DNA from: a virus
Lineage: Duplodnaviria; Caudoviricetes
Direction: 5' to 3' (one strand)
DNA: 64,000 nucleotides
Virus record (IMG/VR): IMGVR_UViG_3300025608_000017
Location: 20,154 to 84,153 of that record
Position 1 is the stretch's first letter. Every line of letters starts with the position of its first letter. Made by a program: the position numbers and the translations under genes. This document shows positions 10,113-21,300 of the stretch, in pieces. A model generated the notes under the pieces. That model was not told the DNA's origin and did no database searches. It worked only from the letters and a program-made list of their open reading frames with translations.

Positions 10113-10852
10113 TCTGGTAAATCTATGTCTTGGTGCTTAATTTTATAAGTTTTCTTTTCTTTAACATATTTGGTCCAGCCTTTAAATGTCATTTTGTGCA
10201 TAGCTGTAATTGCATTATTTCGTATCCATGCTAATTCACTTGCATTGCCTGTTCTAAGAAGTACCGGATCTCTTTTAATAGGAATCATTTGTACCAGAGG
10301 ATCGCCTTGTTTAATAAATGTATACTTGTTTTCTTTGAGCATTACATTAATAGGAGAATGAAGTCCGCCGAGATCATGATCAATAATACCTGGCATCGCT
10401 TCAAAATTTACATCCTCATGATAAAACATCGGAAGATACAAAATACTCCATCCTTTTTTAGACCAAGTTCTCCATGGATTGTCTAATTTTAAAGGAGTTC
10501 TTACACGATATTTCTTTTCAAGAAAATCTCCAATTTGTTCTTTAGAATGTATTGCATTATTATATGTTGGATCACTATATCTACCAAAGATATTGTCTCC
10601 TTGCGGAGTAAACTCCATGTCACACCATGCAGGTATCACATAACCTAATGAAAGATAATCTTTAATACCTGGGCATGCTTTTACAGTTTTTATACTATCA
10701 ATCATATGAGTTTGTTTATCAACAAACGCTGGTAAATTTTTAAAACGTGTTGGTAGAAAATTAGAAGCAGGTGTAATAGGTGCATATTTTCTTACAGCCC
10801 AATTATCACACTCGAAATTAATTTCAGGAGTTTTTTTAAAAAGATTAAACAT
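10109..10852 (-). CDS. conserved aquatic-phage protein (CPG..D..GY.IP.W.D family, possibly DUF6065-like)
   Basis: KACPGIKDYLSLGYVIPAWCD and GDPLVQMIPI motifs; function not assignable. Confidence 0.65.
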   Translation of the reverse strand: MFNLFKKTPEINFECDNWAVRKYAPITPASNFLPTRFKNLPAFVDKQTHMIDSIKTVKACPGIKDYLSLGYVIPAWCDMEFTPQGDNIFGRYSDPTYNNAIHSKEQIGDFLEKKYRVRTPLKLDNPWRTWSKKGWSILYLPMFYHEDVNFEAMPGIIDHDLGGLHSPINVMLKENKYTFIKQGDPLVQMIPIKRDPVLLRTGNASELAWIRNNAITAMHKMTFKGWTKYVKEKKTYKIKHQDIDLPE

Positions 10853-11719
10853 TTATACCGCCATCGGTGCTTTAATACTATCCATAGGATCGTAATTATT
10901 CAGTTTATATTGTGCAGGCACAGTCTTTACAAGCTCGTCTAAATTAGTAAACGCAGGCATTTCTAGTGTAGGACCAGCAACTGGTGTTCTTATAATCTGC
11001 TGCTTTACTTGTTCAAAGTGATTTTGGTAGATGTGACAATCGCCACCAGTCCAAACAAAGTCACCGACCTTCAACCCAAGAAGTTGTGCAAACATATGTG
11101 TGAGAAGACTGTAGCTGGCTATGTTAAAAGGTACACCCAAGAACATATCAGCGCTGCGCTGATACAATTGACAACTTAGTTCACCGTCTTGAATATGAAA
11201 CTGAAACATAGTATGACAAGGAGGCAATGCCATTACATTTACTCTGTCAGCATTCCAAGCACTTACAATATGACGTCTACTATTGGGGTCATAGTACATA
11301 TTTTCCAGTACTTCTGCAATTTGATCTACAAATCCAAGTGCAGCATCCCAGGTTCGCCATTGATGCCCGTACACAGGTCCTAGGTCCTTTACTGTATCTG
11401 TGTTAACATAGCCTAGGTCTTTTGCTTGTTTGTTGGCATTAGCAGTCCATATGGTGTTTTTGCCCACTAGTTCTTCACGTGGCTTACCGTAATGTATCTC
11501 AGCTAGCCTACGTTCGTCACTTGAACCTTCCAAGAACCATAGCAGTTCACTTACTACACTCTTCCAAGCAAGCTTCTTTGTAGTAACAGCAGGAAATTCG
11601 TTGCGCAAATCAAAACGCATTTGATGTCCGAATACACCGCGTGTGCCTACACCTGTTCTGTCGTCACGATCTTTGCCATGTAGTAAAATATGATGTAATG
11701 CGTCTAAATACTGTTTCAA
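10853..11719 (-). CDS. thyA: thymidylate synthase
   Basis: DRTGVGT, ELLWFL, LPPCH, YQRSADMFLGVPFNIASY; probable TTG start overlapping the DHFR stop. Confidence 0.97.
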   Translation of the reverse strand: MKQYLDALHHILLHGKDRDDRTGVGTRGVFGHQMRFDLRNEFPAVTTKKLAWKSVVSELLWFLEGSSDERRLAEIHYGKPREELVGKNTIWTANANKQAKDLGYVNTDTVKDLGPVYGHQWRTWDAALGFVDQIAEVLENMYYDPNSRRHIVSAWNADRVNVMALPPCHTMFQFHIQDGELSCQLYQRSADMFLGVPFNIASYSLLTHMFAQLLGLKVGDFVWTGGDCHIYQNHFEQVKQQIIRTPVAGPTLEMPAFTNLDELVKTVPAQYKLNNYDPMDSIKAPMAV

Positions 11720-12210
11720 TCTGCTTTCCTTTTCTTCCAAATTTCAAAAGTTACATCGTCGTGTGCTTCTGACCAAGTTTTTTCAAACAAACTTTCAATT
11801 TTTCTAATAGGCAAGTGTGCATCACACTCGTATGTGCCTGGAATACGACTAATATAAAACTCGTCAATAACGCCCAGTGTCTGTTCAATAACATTAGGAC
11901 CACCGATTACCCAAGTAATCAATCCACTGTACTTAGCTTCAACGCTGCGCACACCTTCAATAATATCACCGTTGACGAAATCATCTGCAAGCGGACAGTT
12001 TTCAGGCTTGCTGGTTACAACAACGTTCTTGCGTTTAGGCATAGGCTTTGGCATGTCCGGATCGAGATATGTTGCACTGCCCATTACCACTACATGACCT
12101 ACAGTGTTGTCTTTGAACCATTGAAAGTCACGTTTGACGTGCGGCCACGGAAGTGTGCCTTTGTTGCCTACTCCGCCGTTCTCGTCACATGCTAATATTG
12201 CTTTAATCAT
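11716..12210 (-). CDS. folA: dihydrofolate reductase
   Basis: [27 protein letters not shown]...CD motifs; adjacent to thyA. Confidence 0.93.
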   Translation of the reverse strand: MIKAILACDENGGVGNKGTLPWPHVKRDFQWFKDNTVGHVVVMGSATYLDPDMPKPMPKRKNVVVTSKPENCPLADDFVNGDIIEGVRSVEAKYSGLITWVIGGPNVIEQTLGVIDEFYISRIPGTYECDAHLPIRKIESLFEKTWSEAHDDVTFEIWKKRKAD

Positions 12211-12554
12211 TCTATTACCTTTACTGGAATAATTCCAAATTCCTCATATTTATTAGGTACGCCATCAAATGCTTCATGATCTGTCATAGGGTCTTTTTCT
12301 TCTGTAATATTTACGCCCCATTCAGAAACTTCTCTATTAATAGCATCCCATTTTTCTCGTTCATCAAACTCAAGAGCACTATCTAATACAATGGCACTCA
12401 CTGGACACTCTGGTTCACAAACACCACAGTCGATACATTCGTCTGGATTAATTGCTAAAAAATTATCTGCTTCGTAAAAACAATCAACTGGACAAACTGA
12501 GATGCATGTTGTATGTTTGCATTGTACACAGTTGTCAGTTACTAAGTATGTCAT
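12207..12554 (-). CDS. fdxA: dicluster ferredoxin (FdxA, 7Fe type)
   Basis: [18 protein letters not shown] and [12 protein letters not shown]. Confidence 0.92.
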   Translation of the reverse strand: MTYLVTDNCVQCKHTTCISVCPVDCFYEADNFLAINPDECIDCGVCEPECPVSAIVLDSALEFDEREKWDAINREVSEWGVNITEEKDPMTDHEAFDGVPNKYEEFGIIPVKVIE

Positions 12555-13468
12555 TATAACCTCGCTAATCTAATTAATGTTGCGGCTAAGTTAATTTCTG
12601 GATCTGCAACTAATGCATGATCTACTAACCCTTGTTTAATAGTTAGCACTGCGCTGTCCTGTTGTTCTTCGTTTCCGAACAGCTCGATGTTGTCATACAG
12701 CCAACGATAGATTTCATCCATCTCTTCTGGCAATACTTGGCTACAAATAAGTTTACGTGCTTCTGTAATTTTACCTGCTTTAAACAAGTCCACCATCTCA
12801 AGTTTATAGTCACTTGTTGACGCATCTGCGTTCTTAGTAATCAGTGTACCTGTTTGCGACTCCAATTGCACAGTGTTGATACATTTACGCAAGTCTGGAT
12901 AGTAAGCCTTGACATACGTATCTAAGGTGTCTAGTTCAAACTGTACGCTCTCTGTAAGCAGGATCTCTGCCATACGTGCTGTAAACTCTACCTGATCAAT
13001 CTTAGCAATGTGCATGTGCTGACAGCGACTGTGGATAGCTGGCATAATCTTGTTAGGATAGTTACAGGTTAGGATAAAGCGCACACTGTGACTGTAGTCT
13101 TCCATCAAGTTACGTAGTGCAGGCTGCACACTGTTGATGTTCATGTAGTCTGCTTCGTCAATAAGCACAACCTTAAAGTCACCAAACGGCATAGTCTGAC
13201 AGAATGTAATAAGTTTGTCAACCCATTCAATCTTACGTGCTTCTTTAGATCCGTTAGCAATCATAACGTCAGTGTCTTGCACATCAAGTTGATTGATAAG
13301 AATCTTAGCAATAGTTGTTTTACCTAGCCCTGCACTACCACTCAACAAAATATGCGGAATACTACCACTGTCAATCCAACCTTTGATTTGTTCACGCTGC
13401 GATTCGTCACGAAACACGTACCCATCTACACTTTTAGGACGATACTTTTCTACCCATAATTCTTTCAT
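12554..13468 (-). CDS. sliding-clamp loader AAA+ subunit (RFC-small/gp44-like)
   Basis: [24 protein letters not shown] motif. Confidence 0.93.
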   Translation of the reverse strand: MKELWVEKYRPKSVDGYVFRDESQREQIKGWIDSGSIPHILLSGSAGLGKTTIAKILINQLDVQDTDVMIANGSKEARKIEWVDKLITFCQTMPFGDFKVVLIDEADYMNINSVQPALRNLMEDYSHSVRFILTCNYPNKIMPAIHSRCQHMHIAKIDQVEFTARMAEILLTESVQFELDTLDTYVKAYYPDLRKCINTVQLESQTGTLITKNADASTSDYKLEMVDLFKAGKITEARKLICSQVLPEEMDEIYRWLYDNIELFGNEEQQDSAVLTIKQGLVDHALVADPEINLAATLIRLARL

Positions 13469-13472
13469 TAGT

Positions 13473-13976
13473 TTATCCTTCTGTTAAGTCGTACTTAAAG
13501 TTTTGTGTTGTACTGTTAATAGCAATTTGTTTTGCACCATTGCGTATGTGAAAATGTGTAGCCATAGGAGTTAGCGGACTTAATGTTACTAGCGTTTTTA
13601 TACTGTCTGATTTTCTCATTAGTTCGCCTACCTTGCCAATAAGTTCTTTTCCTGCGCCGCGCTTGCGACTCCATACAGTATAAGCAACTGCTGTATCTGC
13701 ATCTTCTTTAAAATATGCGTTTTGACTCATAAGATCTAGTTCTTTAGTACTGCAAGGTATGTCATTTGTGTAAGCAATACAAATAATTCCTTCAATTTCA
13801 TCTTGATACTTTAGCCCGTATATTTTTCTTCCATAGTTAGTACGCCATTCTAAATCAAGTTCCGGACGTACCGGATCTTCACTTACATCAATATCTTCTA
13901 ATTCAACTAGCTCAGTAACTTTAACCCATCCAAAGAAGTTGTCAATTTTATTCTTAAACTTTTTAACTTTACTCAT
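13473..13976 (-). CDS. conserved phage protein, possible GNAT-like fold
   Basis: AYTVWSRKRGAGKELI...LVTLSP...FHIRNGA resembles an acetyl-CoA-binding motif (weak). Confidence 0.55.
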   Translation of the reverse strand: MSKVKKFKNKIDNFFGWVKVTELVELEDIDVSEDPVRPELDLEWRTNYGRKIYGLKYQDEIEGIICIAYTNDIPCSTKELDLMSQNAYFKEDADTAVAYTVWSRKRGAGKELIGKVGELMRKSDSIKTLVTLSPLTPMATHFHIRNGAKQIAINSTTQNFKYDLTEG

Positions 13977-14260
13977 TCGACCAACTTACTCCATATCTTT
14001 AGTTTATCACGTTTAGTAGCTATTCTAGCATCAATTTCTTCTTTTGTCAACAAGCCACACTCGATCATTAGATCAATCAAACATTGTACATCGCCCACTT
14101 CTTCTAGCAGTTTGGTGCGATTGTTGATTGCAATTTCGTTGTCTTCTAGTGCTTGTTCAATTGTATCAAACTTGCGAATAATTTTACTACAGCGTTGTGC
14201 AAGTTCGCCGCACTCTTCCATAGTAATAACCATAAGCTCTTGTAATTTGTTTAATGGCAT
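13973..14260 (-). CDS. MazG-like NTP pyrophosphohydrolase
   Basis: EECGEL...EEVGDV acidic motifs. Confidence 0.8.
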   Translation of the reverse strand: MPLNKLQELMVITMEECGELAQRCSKIIRKFDTIEQALEDNEIAINNRTKLLEEVGDVQCLIDLMIECGLLTKEEIDARIATKRDKLKIWSKLVE

Positions 14261-14799
14261 TAGCGTTGAACTCCTAGTTCTTTGTATGCAAACTGCACAC
14301 CCTTTGCTTGGAAGTAAGCGTCTGCTAGTGCGTTGTGCAAGTCAGTCTGTTGCAGAACTTTGCGTGGATCGACTTTACAGCATCCGAAAAGTGTACGAGC
14401 ATCTTTGATTTGCCAAAACTGCCAAGGAATGGGAACACCTAGCATACGATACATATCTTCCATAATAGTCAAGTCAAAGCCATAGCCTTGTCCCCAGATA
14501 GTATCAACACCTACGCTCCATTTGCTTACTTGACGCAGTGCTTCTTCTACAGTCACAGCACCAGTCTGATCAAATGCTTCTTCCATTGCTTTAGGATCTT
14601 GTTTAGCCCACCATGCAATAGTATCATCGCTTGTGGTACGTCCTAAGCGATCCTGATCGTCTACACTAACTTTAAGATAGAGTTCACTGTGTGGCTCACT
14701 ATCGTCAAATGGATTAAATTTGATTGCTCCTAAACTTAGTACAGTACAACTGGGTTTTGTATCCAGTGTTTCTAAGTCAATCATTCCGTGAGTAGCCAT
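14260..14799 (-). CDS. DEDDh 3'-5' exonuclease
   Basis: MIDLETL, WGQGYGFD, HNALADA. Confidence 0.88.
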   Translation of the reverse strand: MATHGMIDLETLDTKPSCTVLSLGAIKFNPFDDSEPHSELYLKVSVDDQDRLGRTTSDDTIAWWAKQDPKAMEEAFDQTGAVTVEEALRQVSKWSVGVDTIWGQGYGFDLTIMEDMYRMLGVPIPWQFWQIKDARTLFGCCKVDPRKVLQQTDLHNALADAYFQAKGVQFAYKELGVQR

Positions 14800-14801
14800 A
14801 A

Positions 14802-14963
14802 TTAGCCCTTCCTATTTTCTTGTCCAATGCCCGAGATGATAAGGAATATATAAAGAATAGGCCAAGCCCATCCAGTTAGGTATCCTGTAATGTGTAGTGT
14901 CATTAGTGCAATGCCTGTAAGTCCTGTTGTACCTAAGCCTGCTGTTTGTGGTGTAATTTTCAT
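14802..14963 (-). CDS. 53-aa membrane protein (not in the ORF track)
   Basis: Manual translation MKITPQTAGLGTTGLTGIALMTLHITGYLTGWAWPILYIFLIISGIGQENRKG; AAGGAG RBS; own promoter. Confidence 0.75.
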   Translation of the reverse strand: MKITPQTAGLGTTGLTGIALMTLHITGYLTGWAWPILYIFLIISGIGQENRKG

Positions 14964-14986
14964 GAAAACTCCTTAGCTTTATACAT

Positions 14987-15015
14987 ATTATAACGTACAA
15001 ATGCTAAGGAGTCAA
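14987..15015 (-). promoter_or_regulatory. sigma70-type early promoter
   Basis: TTGACT-N17-TATAAT. Confidence 0.8.
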
Positions 15016-15023
15016 GTGTTAAT

Positions 15024-15722
15024 TTAGATATTTTTTTCGTTATAAATTTTGCTTCGAAAGTCGTTAGTCAAGTCAATCGGTTGTGACGAATTAAAACTAT
15101 CAACAACTTTTTTAGCCAATACATAATGATTATCTATAGTCATATGATTTAATCTAGGGTCAAACCCTGTTTTTCTATAAAATTTAACCAACGTTTCGGC
15201 AGAAGCAAATTCTGCATCACACACATGCTCTGTTAAATTTCCATACACCCCTGGATAATCAGCAAACCCAGGAACTACTAAAAACTTTACACCAGGTCTT
15301 GAAATTATCAAATATTGTATAGCATAAACATATGCAGTATATTGTATATCGTCTAACTGATTATTCTGTAAGTGTGTGACATATTGTTTTAAAGCTAATT
15401 CGTGTTCTTTTGGATGTGCGCCAGATTTCATGTTGCTAAAGTTGCTTAGTGCAGGATCATCTGGAAAAAACCATTTTCTATTAGGACTTGTCGGCTGTAT
15501 AATAACATAGTCATTTTTTGAAAAATTATTACAGTTCTCTATTAATTTTTTAAAAATGTAATCATTTGCTACGCCAAATTGCGAAAAGTTTTCAATGTTG
15601 TCTTGGTCAATATTTAAACTTTCTGCAACAAGGTCTAACCAATTTTTTTCATAATGCCATATATTCTCGTGTCTAAAAGAAGACCCGATACTATAACTAT
15701 CTCCAAATACCCACAGTTTCAT
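15024..15722 (-). CDS. SGNH/GDSL-like protein
   Basis: N-terminal VFGDSY, GVAN block and late NH motif. Confidence 0.65.
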   Translation of the reverse strand: MKLWVFGDSYSIGSSFRHENIWHYEKNWLDLVAESLNIDQDNIENFSQFGVANDYIFKKLIENCNNFSKNDYVIIQPTSPNRKWFFPDDPALSNFSNMKSGAHPKEHELALKQYVTHLQNNQLDDIQYTAYVYAIQYLIISRPGVKFLVVPGFADYPGVYGNLTEHVCDAEFASAETLVKFYRKTGFDPRLNHMTIDNHYVLAKKVVDSFNSSQPIDLTNDFRSKIYNEKNI

Positions 15723-15723
15723 A

Positions 15724-16080
15724 TTATGCTTTTACAAATTTGTCTAGTTCAGGCGCTTTCCAATTTGACGGTTTCAATACTTTCCCGTCTTCTCTCTTGC
15801 GCACTTTGCCAGTCTCTGGATCAATCTTTGCAAAGTTTGTGTCCATTACTTCTTCCCATGCGCCTTCTCCGTCAAATCCGCCTGCTCTGATAGCACCCAT
15901 AGTAACAACTAGGATATCTACTAGTGCATCAAGTTGTTCTACCTTGTCATCTGCTGCTACCGCTTCTACAAGCTCGCTTACTTCTTCGTCAATAAGCGAC
16001 AAGTACATCTTGTAGTTTGCGTCACTAGGCTCTTGGTCACACGCTTTTTGAAACGTGTCAATATCTTTAAATGGATTCAT
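15724..16080 (-). CDS. MazG-superfamily (PRA-PH-like) nucleotide pyrophosphohydrolase
   Basis: EEVSEL, LDALVD, WEEVMDTNFAK, REDGKVLKP. Confidence 0.85.
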   Translation of the reverse strand: MNPFKDIDTFQKACDQEPSDANYKMYLSLIDEEVSELVEAVAADDKVEQLDALVDILVVTMGAIRAGGFDGEGAWEEVMDTNFAKIDPETGKVRKREDGKVLKPSNWKAPELDKFVKA

Positions 16081-16089
16081 TTGTTCCTC

Positions 16090-16488
16090 TTACATGAATG
16101 CTGATGGGTCAATTGTTGCATGTTCGCCGTCACCGTACTCTCCGCCGATTTGAACGCCTTCTGGTTTCTCGTTTGATACTGCTAGAATACTCTCGCTTTC
16201 TACCATACGATATTCTTTTTCGCCTGTTCCGTCGTCGACTAGCATACTGCGTGTCCAACGTCCGTGTTCTATAAGAATCCAGTCACCTGCTGCATACTCG
16301 TCTTTGTTGTCTGGACCTTTATCATATACTCTAGCCCACCGAGGATAGATGCCCCGAGTCGTGCCGTCGTCGTCCTTGATGATAAGTCCGCCCGCAGTCT
16401 TTTGTTCGCCAAAATACATATCAGTCACAAGTACTCTGTTTCCGATAGCACGTAGACTGCCTTCGATTGCATTAAGATTTATAGCCAT
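16090..16488 (-). CDS. groES: GroES-like co-chaperonin
   Basis: LRAIGNRVLV...KTAGGLII...GP...GDWIL...ESILAV. Confidence 0.8.
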   Translation of the reverse strand: MAINLNAIEGSLRAIGNRVLVTDMYFGEQKTAGGLIIKDDDGTTRGIYPRWARVYDKGPDNKDEYAAGDWILIEHGRWTRSMLVDDGTGEKEYRMVESESILAVSNEKPEGVQIGGEYGDGEHATIDPSAFM

Positions 16489-16907
16489 TATTCACCTTTA
16501 GGTACAAAGTTGCCGTTTTCGTCTTCTACCCATGCATCAGCTTCATCAAGCATCTCTTGTTCTGCTGCTGTTAATGGAGCGTCAATGACAGCTTCATCTT
16601 TTTTAGTACTGGTTGCAGCTTTTTTTGTAGGGGTTTTCGCCGCAGATGGAATATCTTCTTGTGGTTTATTAGATCGAGCTCTGCCGCTAGAATCTTGTAC
16701 TGATCCTGCTTGTGCATAATGCTCTGCCACAACTTCTTCACGTTTTTTAATAATTTGACCACCTGGGCCTAGTTCGTCGCCGCGAGCATTTACTCGAGCA
16801 TTACCAACCGCAGGTGTTAGTTCATTGCGTTTTCTAAGCAGATCCATGTCTACTTGTTTGCCTCGCATACTTCTGTGCTGTTTTTTAGCTGCTGATACTT
16901 TTGACAT
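16488..16907 (-). CDS. conserved jumbo-phage hypothetical protein
   Basis: GKQVDMDLL...AVGNARVNARGDELGPGG motif; AAAGGAG RBS; late motif at 16932-16939. Confidence 0.75.
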   Translation of the reverse strand: MSKVSAAKKQHRSMRGKQVDMDLLRKRNELTPAVGNARVNARGDELGPGGQIIKKREEVVAEHYAQAGSVQDSSGRARSNKPQEDIPSAAKTPTKKAATSTKKDEAVIDAPLTAAEQEMLDEADAWVEDENGNFVPKGE

Positions 16908-16934
16908 ATCTTTCTCCTTTAATTATATACTTAC

Positions 16935-17456
16935 TTATCTCAAGAACTCTCTCCAATCCAGGTCAAACTGGATTGAATTAATACGATGTACACCTATCAA
17001 ATACAACACATAACTTGCTACACTTGATCCGCGTCCTACGCCCCATACAATATCATTCTCACGCATAAAGTCTACAAGATAGATCATATAACGTAACAAG
17101 TTCATCATTCCTCTACCTTCAAACTCTGCAAGTTCTTCAGCGGACCTTGCTGTTTCGTCTTGTGTAGTACATTTTGTAAGAACGTAGTTGTGTACGTTTA
17201 GTGTTTTGTATTCATCAGGCATAAACCATTCACCTTGACATACACCGTCAAAAGTCTTTTGATCTACATCTAGGGGAATATATTTCTGTAGTTTGTCAAA
17301 GCCTTGTTCTTCCATCGCAGCATTGAACTTGTCTACATCGTCGTCAGCATCACACAACACTACATGCACCTTATCCGCATGACCACTATAGATCATATCG
17401 ACTAAGTCTTTGTTTGTAAATCGTGGAATACCAAGTTTGTCAGTTTTCATAAGCAT
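16935..17456 (-). CDS. dnaE: stand-alone fragment of family C DNA polymerase (DnaE/Pol III alpha)
   Basis: WGVGRGSSVASYVLYLIGVHRINSIQFDLDWREFL matches DnaE GPGRGSAAGSLVAY.LGIT.IDP..Y.LLFERFL. Confidence 0.8.
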   Translation of the reverse strand: MLMKTDKLGIPRFTNKDLVDMIYSGHADKVHVVLCDADDDVDKFNAAMEEQGFDKLQKYIPLDVDQKTFDGVCQGEWFMPDEYKTLNVHNYVLTKCTTQDETARSAEELAEFEGRGMMNLLRYMIYLVDFMRENDIVWGVGRGSSVASYVLYLIGVHRINSIQFDLDWREFLR

Positions 17457-17465
17457 ACACTTATT

Positions 17466-17705
17466 TTAACTTACATTAATTAAATCGTCAAGTCCTGATT
17501 CGCCATTTTCTTGATTTTTCTGACGTTCGTATTCGACGGCACGGCGTGTTTGTACTTCTTGTTTGTAGATTTCTAAGAAGTTTGAGATTTGATGTTGTAC
17601 TCCAGGATTTGCAGTCATAAAGTATCTGCGTTGGAGTACAACTATTTTTTCTTCTAATTCGTTTATAGTAAGATCTGCTAAACTATCAACCAACGGATTA
17701 ATCAT
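17466..17705 (-). CDS. hypothetical helical protein
   Basis: TAATG coupling at 17705 (start MINPLVD). Confidence 0.7.
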   Translation of the reverse strand: MINPLVDSLADLTINELEEKIVVLQRRYFMTANPGVQHQISNFLEIYKQEVQTRRAVEYERQKNQENGESGLDDLINVS

Positions 17706-18292
17706 TAGGTGTATTGTCCTCTGTATTCTGCATATACAGTTGTTCCTTGATTGTATGTCCAAAAATCAATGATTATAGGATTAGTACTACTGTCTACAGT
17801 AGCAGTTGCAACGCCGCCTACTCTAGGATAATCTGCACTATATTTAATTATTCCGCCGCCATCGACCGTAAACGTTACAGTTTTAGCAGTGTCATTGCCT
17901 AACATCTGAACAGTCATTTTAGCAACATGATCTCTTTCAGGCCAATCTGAAAGTGCAAAGTTAATAGTGCTGTCGCCTTCAGATAAATTAATATTCATGC
18001 TTTGGTAGTGTCCGTTTAAAAAACTAATATTCATTCCACTAGTAGCAGCACCGATGTTATGATACTTTTCAGTGTTTAGTGAAAAATTAGCATTTGTAAC
18101 ATCACTACCTAAAAAATCATTCGATTCGTTTAGTTTAGCAGTATTAGCTTGGAGAGCAGTTATTTCACTAGTTGCTGTTGCTAATCCTGTTTTAATAATT
18201 GTGAAGTTGTCGCGAAATCCTTGAGTGTCGTTATCGACACCTGCTACTGGATATGCTCCATCAATTGTTCCACTTATAATATTGCTTGGCAT
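17705..18292 (-). CDS. virion structural protein (baseplate region)
   Basis: YPVAGVDNDTQGFRDNF N-terminal motif, short coiled coil, beta-rich C-terminus; late motif at 18311-18318. Confidence 0.65.
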   Translation of the reverse strand: MPSNIISGTIDGAYPVAGVDNDTQGFRDNFTIIKTGLATATSEITALQANTAKLNESNDFLGSDVTNANFSLNTEKYHNIGAATSGMNISFLNGHYQSMNINLSEGDSTINFALSDWPERDHVAKMTVQMLGNDTAKTVTFTVDGGGIIKYSADYPRVGGVATATVDSSTNPIIIDFWTYNQGTTVYAEYRGQYT

Positions 18293-18322
18293 GTTAATTC
18301 CTCTTTTGTATATTTATCGATG

Positions 18323-21300
18323 TTACACATTGAATTGGTAATTTGCGAACAGTACAAATTTCTCAACATCGCTGTTTTCTGTTTGTTTGACAATATATCT
18401 GTCTATATCGTAGTTGATTATTTTAGGATCAAAACCATAGTTTTTAATGTTATTGATTATACTTGCTGCTTCGCCAGGTTTGCAATAACAAATAGGTATA
18501 GCAGTTATGTAGTCTAATTCTTCAAATCCTGTTTGTGCAGTACGCATCCATAATGGAAGATAGTTTCTTTCTTCTTCGCCAATAGTTTTAATATTTGCTC
18601 TCATATTATCTATACTACTTATGTATCTAACAGAATCGTTTGATTGGCTAACATTGACAGCATTAGAATCTGTTTTAATAGTGTTGGTTTTAGGTCTAAA
18701 GCGATAAGGTTCGCTTTCTCCTTTTTGCAGTTCAATTGTTACTGTTCCGCCATCACGCACTGTAATTTCAAAATCTGCATCGTCAACATTAAGTTCTTCT
18801 TCAGCAGGCGCACGAGTGTCGATTATTATTTCGTCAGTTTGACCAAATACAAATCTTACAGTTGATCTAGTACCGATTGCTAATTGATTATACCCTGCAT
18901 TAAATCTAGTTGCATCGTCTACTACTGCATATTGTATACTATCTACAGTAATTTTTTCTTTGTTTTTTATTTTAAAACTTTCAGCCGTCTTTGTGTTAGC
19001 AACAGTCGAGTTTGCAGGATCTTTAACTTCTATATATACCACTTCGTATATTGTATCTGAAGTTGCACTTTCCTTTGCTACAGCACTTTTAATGTCGCCA
19101 AGTATATATTTTTTACGCTTGTGACCTTTAGCTGCCGCAGCAATAAATTTATCAATAGAAGCTGCTTCTACGCCTGCATAAACAAGCATATCTAAATTTT
19201 TCTGTATGCCGAACGTAGTATCGCTCGGTCGATAAATTTTATTAGGAGTAAACACTTCAGGGTTACTAATAAAGTTTTTATAGTAAGTTTTTTGATCTGT
19301 TGGTAGCATCGGACGCATGTAAATATCAGTATATTTCGTTCTATTTAAATCTACAACATTTAACGAAAATTCACGTTCAATTGCTGTATAGTTAAATCGA
19401 TCTCTTGCTTCAACTGTAAATTTATAGCTTCGGTCAAATGTAGTATCACCTGGTAAACTACCGTCCCAAGTAACTGCTAAATTTTCAAACGTGGTTAATC
19501 CAGGATTGTCAACAGTGCCAAACTGTCTTGGTGTACCAATTATTTCACCGTCGTAGTTAAGTGTTAGACCAAATGGCAGTTTTCCTGACTTTAAAGTATA
19601 AATCATAGCAGTGTCTGGCACTGTTGTTTCTGCTATTAATTTCAAAGTACTTGTAAAGTTAGCATTGATATTTCCTAAATCAGCAGGCGTAATCCAATTG
19701 ATATTACTATCAATTTCGCCAATTACACGCACTTCAAATGTTTTGACAGTACTAGGTATATCTATTTCATCATTAGATGCAACAATTAAATTCTTAAAGA
19801 AACTATCTTTAGCAAATAATGAAATACCTATATTTCTGCCATTATTCAATTGTGAAATTAGATTTTTATCTAAAGTTATTTTATCTTCGTTATCTCTTAT
19901 AAGAGTTGCAACTATATCACTACTGTCTGAACCTGCAAAAAAGTCTTGTATATTTGATCTTATTCTCGAATACGATGTACTAGGCACTCTAATACGCCAA
20001 TTTAAATCGTCGATTACTGTAATATATGCTGTGTCATTATATTCTGCTTCTAGTGCTTGCTCTGTTGCAGTAATTCTATCAGCTAAACTAAGATCTTCTA
20101 GTGTTTCTGCAACTTCTTGCCAGTTTGCACTTATGAAATCTAATTGTACAATACCCTCAACTAATATGTCGTCACCGAATTCGTCTTTTTGTGAAGCTGT
20201 ACTGTGCGATACTGTACATTGGTATATTTTTCCGTCGCCACCTGTCTCGATAGTATTGATAACATAATCGCCTATAAAATAATTTTCGTTTACTTCTATC
20301 ACTCGTGGAGAATATGCTGGCAAAAATGGATCATTGGCTGTAGTCTGAGTAACTTGCCACTCTATGTAAGGAGTAAATGTATTAAGAGTATATGTTTCTG
20401 TATTACTAAATCTTAATGTTCTATTAGTATATTTTGTTTTAGCTGCTTCTGTTAATCTACTAATAAAAATATGATCTTGCCCAACTGTTGCAGTTTGACT
20501 TAATTGTAAATTAATACTAGGAGCAAGTGTTTCGTCAACAAATATGATATCATAATCTGTATTTCTAGCATCAACGTTAGTAACTGTATATTGTCTTTTA
20601 CCTAACAGAATCTTTTTACCAACTAATTCAAATAGGTCATTGGTGCCGTCTATGTCGCCAGTTAAATCAATTTTATTAATTTTAAAACTATTATTGCCTA
20701 ATAATACATCTTCGTAAAAGTTTGCAAATATTGTAACTGTTTCTAAGTCTGTAGTTATTCTAGTTGCTCTCACAGTAAATCTATAATTTTGTGTAATAGC
20801 AGGCTGATAAGGAATGCGTCCGATAACTTCGCCAGTTTGACTGTCTAATTCCATTCCTGGAGGCAATTCACTTGGAGTGCCATCATCATTTACATCTTCG
20901 AGTGTGTAAACCACAACACCTTCTAATGTCCAGTTATCTACAATTTCTAAATATATTGTTGTATAATTATTTGCTCGTTTAAATCCTAAGTCCGTAGGTG
21001 TGATCCATACAGGAGTTCTTACATTTGTGTTATCAGCAGTAAATACACCTGTGCTTGCTTGCATAATGGTATTGTCTGCTTTTAAATAGTCATCGCCGAC
21101 TAGATAAATTTTAAATTCACGTCTTACAAAGTTTTCGCCGTCTGTAACTGTAACAGCAAACGGATAGTATCTATTTAATTTTCTTAGATTTGCAGTAGGT
21201 TCGTTATAATCAAAATCAACAGTGTCATAATAAAAACTACCGTAACCGTTTGAGCTGGTTACTGAATAGTCTATCGGAACGCCAGAGAATGGAGCACTAT

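Noticed and set aside
14812-15000. 62-aa ORF in the track
   Set aside because: Wrong frame; the RBS (AAGGAG) and hydrophobic product support 14802-14963 instead.
16935-17456. Split-intein DnaE as in cyanobacteria
   Set aside because: The protein ends at EFLR with no Cys-initiated intein N-fragment.
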